Shown here one piece after another: positions 8,325 through 16,156 of a stretch of DNA of 64,000 nt; positions within the stretch are counted from its first letter, which is position 1, and each line of letters starts with the position of its first letter. The notes below the pieces were generated by a model that searched no databases, was not told the origin of the DNA, and saw only the letters and a program-made list of their open reading frames with translations. Location of the stretch: positions 813-64,812 of the forward strand of contig NZ_JBKBNC010000008.1 of NCBI RefSeq assembly GCF_046295495.1, written 5' to 3'. The position numbers and the translations under genes are program-made. This DNA comes from Microbacterium sp. (GTDB lineage Bacteria; Actinomycetota; Actinomycetes; Actinomycetales; Microbacteriaceae).

Positions 8325-8690
8325 TCAGAACAGGGAGCCGACCGAGAGTCCCAGGGCGGCCGCGAGCACCGAGCCCACGAACGACACCACCCCGTACGAC
8401 ACCGACGCGCGAGTGCGACCCTCCTCCGCGAGCAGCGCGGTCGTCACCGCCACGGCACTGAAGGTCGTGTACCCCCCGAGCAGGCCCGTGCCGATGATCC
8501 AGCGCCACGCCTCGTCGGCGGGCAGAGGGCTCAGGATGCCGAGCGCCAGCGCTCCGGTGAGGTTGACGACGAGGATGCCCCAGGGGAACCGCTCCCCGGT
8601 CCGCCGGCGGACGGCGACGTCGAGGGCGTAGCGCAGTGCCGCGCCGAGGCCGCCCGCGGCGGCGACGGCGACGAACAGCAGCGGGGTCAT
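8325..8690 (-). CDS. crcB: Fluoride ion channel CrcB (second subunit)
   Basis: ORF 8325..8897 trimmed to ATG 8690 (MTPLLFVAVAAAGG). 121 aa, 4 TM, LLGGYTTFSAV motif. ATGA overlap with the upstream crcB. Confidence 0.9.
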   Translation of the reverse strand: MTPLLFVAVAAAGGLGAALRYALDVAVRRRTGERFPWGILVVNLTGALALGILSPLPADEAWRWIIGTGLLGGYTTFSAVAVTTALLAEEGRTRASVSYGVVSFVGSVLAAALGLSVGSLF

Positions 8691-9055
8691 CGCGTCCTCC
8701 CCCCGCGCCCGAGGAGCACTCCGCCCCACGCGGCCGCGGTCCCCGCCAGCACCGTCGCGACGCCCCACCACAGCGAGGCGAGGTCGGCCGACTCGACGGC
8801 GAGCGCACTGTAGGTCGTGAAGCCGCCGAGCACCCCGGTGCCCAGGAACAGCTGCACCCGCTGCGCGCGCGAGGATTCCGGCATCCGCGCGCGCCACCCG
8901 AACAAGATGCCGATCGCGAAGGCTCCCCCCACGTTGATCAGCGGGACGAGCGCGGGGCCGAGGTCGTGGCCGAACGCGAGGGTGAGGCCCGCACGCGCCG
9001 CCGTGCCGATCGCCCCGCCGACGGCCACCGACGTCAGGTCACGCCATATGCTCAC
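8687..9055 (-). CDS. crcB: Fluoride ion channel CrcB (first subunit)
   Basis: 122-aa ORF with VLGGFTTYSA motif. It starts 25 nt downstream of the topoisomerase IB stop. Confidence 0.9.
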   Translation of the reverse strand: MSIWRDLTSVAVGGAIGTAARAGLTLAFGHDLGPALVPLINVGGAFAIGILFGWRARMPESSRAQRVQLFLGTGVLGGFTTYSALAVESADLASLWWGVATVLAGTAAAWGGVLLGRGGRTR

Positions 9056-9080
9056 CGCGCCACCCTACGCCGCGAGCGCG

Positions 9081-10046
9081 TCACTCCCCCAGGATCAGGC
9101 GCCTGATCGCGGCATCCTTCGACCCGCCCAGGTCCATCGTGCGGCCCTTGCGGTACAGGGCGAACACCCGCGGGTCGATGTAGCTCGACCGCGCCACGGC
9201 GGGAGTGTTGCCGAGCGCCTCGGCGGTGCACCGGACGGCGGCGACCTCGGCCTTCTTCCGCTCGTTCTTGCCCCCGACCGTCCCGGCTTTCGCGAGGGAT
9301 TCAGCGGCGAGGATGGTGCCCCGCAGCGTGCGGAAGTCCTTCGCGCTGAAGGGTCCGCCCGTGAGCGAGCGCACGTAGACGTTGACGTCTCCGGGGGTGA
9401 GGGGAACGCGGCGTCGGCCGCGTCGGTAACTCAGCAGGGGCGCGCGCGAGCGACCGAGGGCGAGCTCCTCGACGATGGATGCCAGCTCCGCATCGCGCAG
9501 CGACAGTTCGGCGCGCTTGCCGCTCTTGGCGGGGAACGACAGCCGGATCAGATCGCCCTCGACCACGGCATCCCGCCGTTGCAGCGTGGTGAGACCGCGA
9601 CTGCCGTTCGTGACGAAGTAGCGGGCGTTGCCCACGCGGGGCGCGACGAGGTCGAGGAAGCGGAACGACACCGCGAGCACGCGCTCGCGGTCGGCCTCGG
9701 CGCGCCGCAACGACTGGGTCACCCGGGCCCGCGCACGCGGGAGCGCCTCGGCGAGCTGCAGGGCACGGGCGAACTTGCCCTTGTCCTGACGCTTCGACCA
9801 GTCGGCGTGATAGGTGTACTGCCGTCGCCCCGCCTCGTCCGTGCCCACCGCCTGGATGTGCGCGTTGGGTTCGGTCGCGATCCACACCTCCCGCCACGCG
9901 GGCGGGATCACGAGCCCCCGCGCGCGCTGCGCCTCCCGCTCGGGAACGGCGGCTCCCGTGTGGTCCACGAAACGGAAGCCCGACCCGCTGCGGACCCGGC
10001 GGTATCCGGGGTCCTCATAGGGCCGGACGCGGATGAGCCGCGCCAT
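9081..10046 (-). CDS. DNA topoisomerase IB (bacterial poxvirus-like type)
   Basis: 321-aa ORF. Motifs: IPPAWREVW, FPAKSGKRAELSL, FSAKDFRTLRGT, and C-terminal catalytic Tyr context ARSSYIDP. Confidence 0.85.
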   Translation of the reverse strand: MARLIRVRPYEDPGYRRVRSGSGFRFVDHTGAAVPEREAQRARGLVIPPAWREVWIATEPNAHIQAVGTDEAGRRQYTYHADWSKRQDKGKFARALQLAEALPRARARVTQSLRRAEADRERVLAVSFRFLDLVAPRVGNARYFVTNGSRGLTTLQRRDAVVEGDLIRLSFPAKSGKRAELSLRDAELASIVEELALGRSRAPLLSYRRGRRRVPLTPGDVNVYVRSLTGGPFSAKDFRTLRGTILAAESLAKAGTVGGKNERKKAEVAAVRCTAEALGNTPAVARSSYIDPRVFALYRKGRTMDLGGSKDAAIRRLILGE

Positions 10047-10049
10047 CGA

Positions 10050-10319
10050 TCAGTGGGTGCGGAGCAGCTCGATCAGCTCCGCCTTCTTCTTGCCGGAGTA
10101 CCCCGTGATGCCGAGTTCCCTCGCGCGCTTCTTCAGCTCGTCGACGGTGCGATCCTCGTAATTATCGGCGTGACCGCCCTTCTCGCCGACAGCCTCGCGC
10201 CCCCGCGCGGCCGCCGCGTTGGAGATGCGCGCGGCCTTCTCCTTCGAGTCGCCCTGCGTGCGCAGCTCCTCGTACATCTCGGGATCCTTGAGGCTCTTGG
10301 ACCCACGTCCCTGGGGCAT
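10050..10319 (-). CDS. Small Rho_N (SAP-like) domain protein
   Basis: 89-aa ORF. C-terminal TVDELKKRARELGITGYSGKKKAELIELL matches the Rho termination factor N-terminal helix-hairpin fold. It ends 3 nt upstream of the topoisomerase IB gene. Confidence 0.75.
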   Translation of the reverse strand: MPQGRGSKSLKDPEMYEELRTQGDSKEKAARISNAAAARGREAVGEKGGHADNYEDRTVDELKKRARELGITGYSGKKKAELIELLRTH

Positions 10320-10557
10320 GATCGGCTCCTTCCGTCGGGGCCTCCGACGCTAGGACCGCTCACCCGCGAGCGTCCGCGGGTTGACAACGGGCGCGGCTAC
10401 CAGCCCGTTTCCGGCACCGTCAACCCCGCGCGGCGGCCGCGCCCCGGGTGGCACGGTGGATGACGTTCACTCGTCCCCGCCGTCCGTGCGACGAAGGCGG
10501 GCGGGTGACATTCTCGCCAGGTCCCGCGTCTGCACGCGGGGAAGTAAGGAGCCCCCC

Positions 10558-10722
10558 ATGAACATCTTCCTGATCATCATCATCATCGCCGCGATCGTCA
10601 TCGCGATCTTCAGCGGTCTCGGCCAGGCCGCGAACTTCCTGCTGTGGATCGCCATCATCGTCGGCCTCATCGCCCTCATCGTGCTGCTGTTCCGCCTCAT
10701 CAGCGGACGCAAGCCCGTCTGA
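10558..10722 (+). CDS. 54-aa two-TM hydrophobic small protein
   Basis: ORF 10381..10722 trimmed to ATG 10558, with AAGGAG 6 nt upstream. Sequence MNIFLIIIIIAAIVIAIFSGL...LLWIAIIVGLIALIVLLF. Followed by a strong terminator. Confidence 0.6.
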   Translation: MNIFLIIIIIAAIVIAIFSGLGQAANFLLWIAIIVGLIALIVLLFRLISGRKPV

Positions 10723-10789
10723 CCCCCTCGAGGAGCGGCGCGTTTCGGGTGCGCGCCGGCCTCGACCCCCCGGCGGGTCTCCCCGCCCC

Positions 10790-10822
10790 GGATGCCGCGT
10801 CCTCGTCGAGGGCGCGGCATCC
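10790..10822 (+). terminator. 10-bp perfect stem (GGATGCCGCG...CGCGGCATCC) followed by GTGTTTCC
   Basis: Read directly, downstream of the small membrane protein gene. Confidence 0.6.
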
Positions 10823-10905
10823 GTGTTTCCGCGCCACCCGTCCCTCGACGGGCTCGGAGACTGAGAGCCTCCCGGCCTCCCCCGCCGAGGGGCGAGCCCG
10901 ATGGG

Positions 10906-10956
10906 TTGACGAACTCGCGATATATCGCAATACTGCATGCAACGCGATATATCGCG
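10906..10956 (+). promoter_or_regulatory. Promoter (TTGACG -35, AATACT -10, 17-nt spacer) overlapped by two copies of the palindrome CGCGATATATCGCG; likely PadR operator
   Basis: Palindrome copies at 10916-10929 (one mismatch) and 10943-10956 (perfect), 27 nt centre to centre. They lie upstream of the DUF4097-PadR operon. Confidence 0.6.
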
Positions 10957-10973
10957 AGTGAGGAGCCCCAGCC

Positions 10974-11819
10974 ATGGAGAAATGGATCGTCCACCCCGGC
11001 GAGACGCGTGTCATCGACATCGCCTCGCTGCGCGAACTGAAGATCGGCCTCGTCGGAGGACAGGTCGACGTCATCGCCCACGATGAGCCCGACGCCCGCA
11101 TCGAGGTGCACGGCGTCACGGTGAAAGACCTCCGGATCGAGATGGTCGACGGCCGCCTCGAGATCGACCACCCGCAGCTGCGGTGGGACAACTTCCTCGA
11201 GGTGTTCCGCAACTTCGGCGCCGGCGGCCCCAAAGCGGAGGTGAGCGTCGCGGTGCCGCGCACCGTCGCCCTGACCCTCGGCATCGTGAGCGCGAGCGCG
11301 CTCGTGTCGGGGCTGCGCACCGACGCCAAGCTCAACACCGTCTCGGGCGACATCATGGTCGACGGGCTCGTCGGCGACGTGAACCTGAACGCGGTCTCGG
11401 GCGACGTGCAGGTACGCGAACTCGAAGGAGCCCTGAGCGCCAACAGCGTCTCGGGCGACGTCGCGGCCACCGGCCGCATCACCAAGGCCTCGATCGACAC
11501 GGTCTCGGGCGCCATGCTCGTGGACTCCACCGGGCCGACGCAGTCGATCACGCTCAACTCGGTCAGCGGCACGGCCACGATCCGGCTCGACCGGTCCCTG
11601 CCCGCCACCTACGTCTCCCGCTCGGTGAGCGGGCGCGTGCAGATCGACGGCCAGGTGCGCTCGGGCTCCGGCCCCACCACCTTCACCGGTTCGACCGGCA
11701 CCCTCGCGGGATCCTTCGTCGACGTGCGCGCCAACACCGTCTCGGGGGAGATCACCGTGCTGCGTCGTGGCATCTCGGGGCTGCGCCCCGAGGAACTCGC
11801 CGGAGAGGAGGAATGGTGA
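10974..11819 (+). CDS. DUF4097-type beta-strand repeat protein (putative cell-envelope/adhesin-like)
   Basis: 281-aa ORF with GAGGAG SD. Repeated xxVSGD(I/V) units: NTVSGDIMV, NAVSGDVQV, NSVSGDVAA, DTVSGAMLV, NSVSGTATI, NTVSGEITV. Confidence 0.75.
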   Translation: MEKWIVHPGETRVIDIASLRELKIGLVGGQVDVIAHDEPDARIEVHGVTVKDLRIEMVDGRLEIDHPQLRWDNFLEVFRNFGAGGPKAEVSVAVPRTVALTLGIVSASALVSGLRTDAKLNTVSGDIMVDGLVGDVNLNAVSGDVQVRELEGALSANSVSGDVAATGRITKASIDTVSGAMLVDSTGPTQSITLNSVSGTATIRLDRSLPATYVSRSVSGRVQIDGQVRSGSGPTTFTGSTGTLAGSFVDVRANTVSGEITVLRRGISGLRPEELAGEEEW

Positions 11820-12424
11820 TGAGCCCCGTCTTCTCGCACGGCGACCTGCGCCTGTACATCCTGAGCCTCCTCGACGAGGCTCCCCGCCACGGCTACGACC
11901 TCATGCAGGCGTTGTCGGAGCGTACCGGGGGCACCTACTCCCCCTCGGCCGGGACGATCTACCCGCGCCTGGCCAAGCTCGAAGAAGAAGGGCTGGTCAC
12001 CAAGACCGTCGACGGCCGCAAGACCGTCTACGAGATCACGGATGCCGGTCGCGCCGAGGTCGCGGATCGCTCTGGTGACCTCGAAGGCATCCAGGCGGGC
12101 CTCGCCGACAGCGTCCGGCTCATCGCCGACGAGGTTCGCGGCAGCGTACGCGATGCGATGCGGAGCCTGCGGGCCGACCTCGCCGCCGCCTCCCGCGGGG
12201 AGCGGGAGCAGGCGCAGGCGGCTCCGGTCGACGATCCGCGCTCGCGCAGCCGCGAGCAGCTCTCGCGCGCCGACGCGGCGATCACCGAGTTCCGCGGTCG
12301 CGTGAGATCCGAACTGCGCTCGCACGTGGCCCGCGGCGGTGAGCTCGCGGCATCCGGTGTCGACGAGATCGAGCGCGCACTGCGCGAGGCGTCCGACGCC
12401 GTCGCCCGGGCCATGCGCGGTTAG
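11819..12424 (+). CDS. PadR-family transcriptional regulator
   Basis: wHTH LYILSLLDEAPRHGYDLMQAL...GTIYPRLAKLEEEGLV. ATG 11819 overlaps the upstream TGA (alternative ATG 11813). It is the tail of track ORF 11183..12424. Confidence 0.85.
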   Translation: MSPVFSHGDLRLYILSLLDEAPRHGYDLMQALSERTGGTYSPSAGTIYPRLAKLEEEGLVTKTVDGRKTVYEITDAGRAEVADRSGDLEGIQAGLADSVRLIADEVRGSVRDAMRSLRADLAAASRGEREQAQAAPVDDPRSRSREQLSRADAAITEFRGRVRSELRSHVARGGELAASGVDEIERALREASDAVARAMRG

Positions 12425-12428
12425 GGCG

Positions 12429-12944
12429 TCACTCCCACGGCAGCTCGTCATCCGCGCCGGCCGGCTCCCCCACGGGGACCACGAGCACCGGTCGGCGCTG
12501 GCGGTGGGTGAGGCGGGCGGCGACCGACCCGGTCAGGAACTCGCGCAGCGACTCGCCCAGTCCCCGCTTGCGGGTGCCCACCACGAGCAGCGAGGCGTCG
12601 AGCTCGTCGGCGAGGTGGATCATTGCCAGCGCCGGGTCGCCGATCTCCTGGCGCACGGTCCACGAGACGGCGTCGCCGGCGAGCGTCTCCGACGCCATCC
12701 GGCGCACCTCGTCGAGGGCGGCTTTCGACGCCGCCCCCGCGACGTCGACGGTCGAGGAGTGCACGTACCCGTCGGGGTCTTCGAACGCCACGAAGCGCGT
12801 GGTGTCGACGTGGGCGACCACCAGCGGCGCGTGCGCCAGGGCGGCGTAGCGGGCGGCCTCGCGGATGACGCGCGGGGACTGCCCCGGGACCACGCCCGCG
12901 ATGACCGCGCCCGCCGTCGCACTCGGGTCGGATCGATCAGTCAT
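12429..12944 (-). CDS. Universal stress protein (UspA family)
   Basis: ORF 12429..13436 trimmed to ATG 12944, with GAGGAG SD. Motifs PLVVAHV and LLVVGTRKRGLGESLREFLTGSVAARL...PVLVVP. Confidence 0.8.
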   Translation of the reverse strand: MTDRSDPSATAGAVIAGVVPGQSPRVIREAARYAALAHAPLVVAHVDTTRFVAFEDPDGYVHSSTVDVAGAASKAALDEVRRMASETLAGDAVSWTVRQEIGDPALAMIHLADELDASLLVVGTRKRGLGESLREFLTGSVAARLTHRQRRPVLVVPVGEPAGADDELPWE

Positions 12945-13106
12945 GCTGCTCCTCTCGCGGCCGGCGTCGGGCGGCCCTCTGTGGCTCGACGGCTCGGCCC
13001 GAATCCACCGTGATATCCTGGCTGCTACTCTTACCGGCTCGGTCCGGAACCGCAATACGCAGGGCCCACAGCGCGGCCCTCGACGTCGATCGTGAGGGGG
13101 TCTCGC

Positions 13107-13289
13107 ATGGGGCGTGGCCGTCAGAAGGCGAAGAACACCAAGATCGCCCGTGAGCTGAAGTACGACACCTACTCGGTGAACTACTCGGCTCTCGAGCGCG
13201 AACTGGGCGCACCCGAACCGGGTGAAGACGCGTACGTCGACAAGTGGGCCGACCAGTACAGCGACGAGTACGAAGACGAGAAGGCCTGA
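13107..13289 (+). CDS. DUF3073-like small conserved actinobacterial protein
   Basis: MGRGRQKAKNTKIARELKY... with an acidic C-terminus, GAGGGGG SD. This family is typically found next to purM/purF in actinobacteria. Confidence 0.75.
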   Translation: MGRGRQKAKNTKIARELKYDTYSVNYSALERELGAPEPGEDAYVDKWADQYSDEYEDEKA

Positions 13290-13367
13290 CGCCTTTCGCC
13301 TCCCCGCGAGCGTGGGCGCCCCCGGGCCCCGTCGCAGCGGACGCGGTCTTCGTGGACCCGAGACGCC

Positions 13368-13399
13368 GAACGGCGGTGACCTGAGCGTCACCGCCGTTC
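13368..13399. terminator. Bidirectional terminator hairpin, 13-bp perfect stem GAACGGCGGTGAC-N6-GTCACCGCCGTTC
   Basis: Read directly, between convergent DUF3073 (+) and MFS (-) genes. Confidence 0.65.
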
Positions 13400-13454
13400 G
13401 CTCGTGCCGGGGACGTCCGCAGCCGTCGGGGGCCACCGGTCACGGCCCGCCGTG

Positions 13455-14678
13455 TCAGTCCGCCCACCTGCGACCCGTGCGCCTCTCCCAGGCGTCCTCG
13501 ATCGTTTCGCGGCGCGCGACGACGATGCCCGCGGGGATCACGGCGGCGACGGCGAGTCCGAGCAGCACGAGCGCCGCCGTCCAGCCGCCCGTGATCTCGT
13601 GCGTGACACCGATCGCCAGCGGCATGAGCGCCGCGAGGGCGTACCCGGCGCTCTGAACAAGTCCGCTGAGCGCCACGGCCGTCTCGTGCGTGCGCGTGCG
13701 CAGGCCGAACAACACGAGCACCATCGGGAAGAACAGCGGCGGGATGCCGATCAGCACGACCCACAACACGGTCGCCGCCTCCGGGGCGATCAGCAGCCCC
13801 GCCGCCCCGGCGAGTCCCGCCACGAGGGCGATCGCGTAGAACGGCGTCGTCCGGCCGAGGCGCTGCACCAGCAGGGGCACGATCAACGACACGGGCAGGC
13901 CCATGAAGGAGAAGAGCGCGAGCAGGCCCCCGGCCTCCGCCTCACCGACGCCGGCCACGTCGATCAGCAGCGGCGGCAACCACGCGAACAGGCCGTAGGC
14001 GACGGAGGCGTTCACGGCGAACGTCGCCACGAGCGCCCACGCCTGCGGCACGCGCACGACGCGAGCCAGCACCGACGTGCGCGGTTCGTCGACGGCGTCG
14101 ACCCGCGAGGCACGGGAGCGCAGGCTCATCGCGACCCACGGGACCACCGCGGCGACGGCCACGACCGCCCACGTGGCGAACGACCCGCGCCAGCCGACCG
14201 CCTCGGCCAGGGGTACGGCGACCAGCGGCGGCGTGAAGGTCGCCACCGCCATCGTCGTGGAGTACACCGTGGTCATGAGGCCGATGCGGCCGGGGAAGTA
14301 CTTCTTCACCACGGCCGGGATCAGCACGTTGGCGACGCCGACGGCCGCGAACACCCCCGCGGTCGCCGCCAGCAGCGTCCCGGCGTCGACGGCCGCCGCA
14401 CGCAGGGCCAGCATGGCGGCCGCGACGACGGCCGCGGCCAGCACCGACCGCTCGAGGCCGAGTCGGCGTTCGATCGCCGGCGCCCCCATCCCCGCCAGCG
14501 CGAAGGCGACGGGTGGGGCCATCCCGATCAGGCCGATCACCGCCGCCGGCAGGGGGAAGTCGCGACCGATCACGACGATCAGCGGCGACAGTGACGCCAC
14601 GGCGATGCGCAGCGTCAACGCCAGCAGGATCACGGCCGTCGCGGCCAGCGCGATCGTCCCCGCCGCGCGGCGGGTCAA
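13455..14678 (-). CDS. MFS transporter (CynX/NimT-like)
   Basis: C-terminal 407 aa of the 1168-aa track ORF, 12 TM. Proposed TTG start at 14678 overlaps the purF TGA (TTGA). No in-frame ATG lies near the N-terminus. Confidence 0.75.
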   Translation of the reverse strand: MTRRAAGTIALAATAVILLALTLRIAVASLSPLIVVIGRDFPLPAAVIGLIGMAPPVAFALAGMGAPAIERRLGLERSVLAAAVVAAAMLALRAAAVDAGTLLAATAGVFAAVGVANVLIPAVVKKYFPGRIGLMTTVYSTTMAVATFTPPLVAVPLAEAVGWRGSFATWAVVAVAAVVPWVAMSLRSRASRVDAVDEPRTSVLARVVRVPQAWALVATFAVNASVAYGLFAWLPPLLIDVAGVGEAEAGGLLALFSFMGLPVSLIVPLLVQRLGRTTPFYAIALVAGLAGAAGLLIAPEAATVLWVVLIGIPPLFFPMVLVLFGLRTRTHETAVALSGLVQSAGYALAALMPLAIGVTHEITGGWTAALVLLGLAVAAVIPAGIVVARRETIEDAWERRTGRRWAD

Positions 14679-16150
14679 GACTCCTGGCTGCCCTCGACCC
14701 AGGCGAGGTACTCCTCCGACACCGTCCCCGTGACGTACCGGCCGTCGAAGCAGCTCATGTCGAGGTCGACCAGGTCGGTGCCCTCCATGATCGCCGCTTT
14801 CAGGTCGTCGACCTCCTGGTAGACGAGGTAGTCGCACCCCAGCTCTTCGGCGATCTCGGGGATGGTGCGCCCGTGCGCCACCAGCTCGTGACGCGAGGGC
14901 ATGTTGATGCCGTAGACGTGCGGGTAGCGCACCGGCGGCGCGGCCGAGGCGAACGTCACGCTCTTGGCACCGGCATCCCGGGCCATCTGGATGATCTCGC
15001 GGCTCGTGGTGCCGCGGACGATCGAGTCGTCGACGAGCAGCACGTTCTTGCCCTGGAACTCCGTCGACATGGCGTTGAGCTTCTGGCGCACGCTCTTCTT
15101 GCGCACGGCCTGTCCGGGCATGATGAAGGTGCGACCCACGTAGCGGTTCTTGTAGAAGCCCTCGCGGTACTCGATGCCGAGCTTGCGAGCCACCTGCATC
15201 GCCGCCGGGCGAGCGGAATCGGGGATCGGCATGACCACGTCGATCGCGCCGGCGGGGGTGTACTTCGCCACCGTGTCGGCCAGGCGCTCGCCCATGCGCA
15301 GGCGCGTCTCGTACACCGAGACGCCGTTCATGACCGAGTCGGGACGGGCCAGGTAGACGTACTCGAACGAGCACGGGGCCAGCGTGGGGTTCGCGGCGCA
15401 CTGCTGCGAGTGCAGCGTGCCGTCGAGGGTGACGAACACCGCCTCGCCGGGGAGCACGTCGCGTACGACCTCGAAGCCGCCGTTCTCGAGCACGAGCGAC
15501 TCGGAGGCGACGATGTACTCGTCGCGCGGCTCGCCACCGGGGACCTGGGCCGCGGAACGCTTGCCCAGGATGAGGGGACGGATGCCGAACGGATCGCGGA
15601 ACGCCAGCAGACCGTAACCGGCGATCAGGGCGATCGAGGCGTACGAGCCCTCGACGCGCTCGTGCACCCGGCTCACCGCGCGGAACACCTGGGCCGGGTC
15701 GAGGTCGGGCCCCGTGATCTCGGACTGCAGCTCCGAGCCCAGGATGTTCACGAGCAGCTCGGTGTCGCTGCTGGTGTTGAGGTGGCGGCGGTCTTTGTGG
15801 AACAGCTCGCTGGTCAGCTCGCGCGTGTTGGTGAGGTTGCCGTTGTGCACCAGCACGATGCCGTAGGGCGCGTTGACGTAGAAGGGCTGCGCCTCTTCTT
15901 CGCTGGATGCCGTGCCCTTGGTGGCGTAGCGCACGTGCCCGAGGCCGATGTCGCCGAGGAGGGCGCGCATGTCGCGCGTGCGGAAGGCCTCGCGCACCTG
16001 ACCGCGGGCCTTGTGGATGTGGAACACCCCGCTCGCCTCGGCCGTGGCCATGCCGGTGGAATCCTGTCCCCGGTGCTGGAGGAGCAGGAGCGCGTCGTAG
16101 ATCTCCTGGTTGACCGAGCCCTGCCCGGCCATGCCGACGATGCCGCACAT
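14675..16150 (-). CDS. purF: Amidophosphoribosyltransferase
   Basis: 491-aa ORF. MCGIVG Ntn nucleophile N-terminus and PRTase motif VLLVDDSIVRGTT. Confidence 0.95.
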   Translation of the reverse strand: MCGIVGMAGQGSVNQEIYDALLLLQHRGQDSTGMATAEASGVFHIHKARGQVREAFRTRDMRALLGDIGLGHVRYATKGTASSEEEAQPFYVNAPYGIVLVHNGNLTNTRELTSELFHKDRRHLNTSSDTELLVNILGSELQSEITGPDLDPAQVFRAVSRVHERVEGSYASIALIAGYGLLAFRDPFGIRPLILGKRSAAQVPGGEPRDEYIVASESLVLENGGFEVVRDVLPGEAVFVTLDGTLHSQQCAANPTLAPCSFEYVYLARPDSVMNGVSVYETRLRMGERLADTVAKYTPAGAIDVVMPIPDSARPAAMQVARKLGIEYREGFYKNRYVGRTFIMPGQAVRKKSVRQKLNAMSTEFQGKNVLLVDDSIVRGTTSREIIQMARDAGAKSVTFASAAPPVRYPHVYGINMPSRHELVAHGRTIPEIAEELGCDYLVYQEVDDLKAAIMEGTDLVDLDMSCFDGRYVTGTVSEEYLAWVEGSQES

Positions 16151-16156
16151 GGGGTG

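Noticed and set aside
5021-8461. 1146-aa plus-strand ORF spanning the whole RND locus
   Set aside because: It is antisense to a gene with clear RND homology. Its translation is R/D/H/G/E low-complexity with no motifs. Open mirror frames like this are typical of high-GC3 genes.
9056-10560. Expected fluoride (crcB-motif) riboswitch upstream of the crcB genes
   Set aside because: The 25-nt gap before crcB is too short. I could not find the conserved GGCGATG...CTGATG-type core on the minus strand upstream of the operon. This has not been verified with a covariance model.
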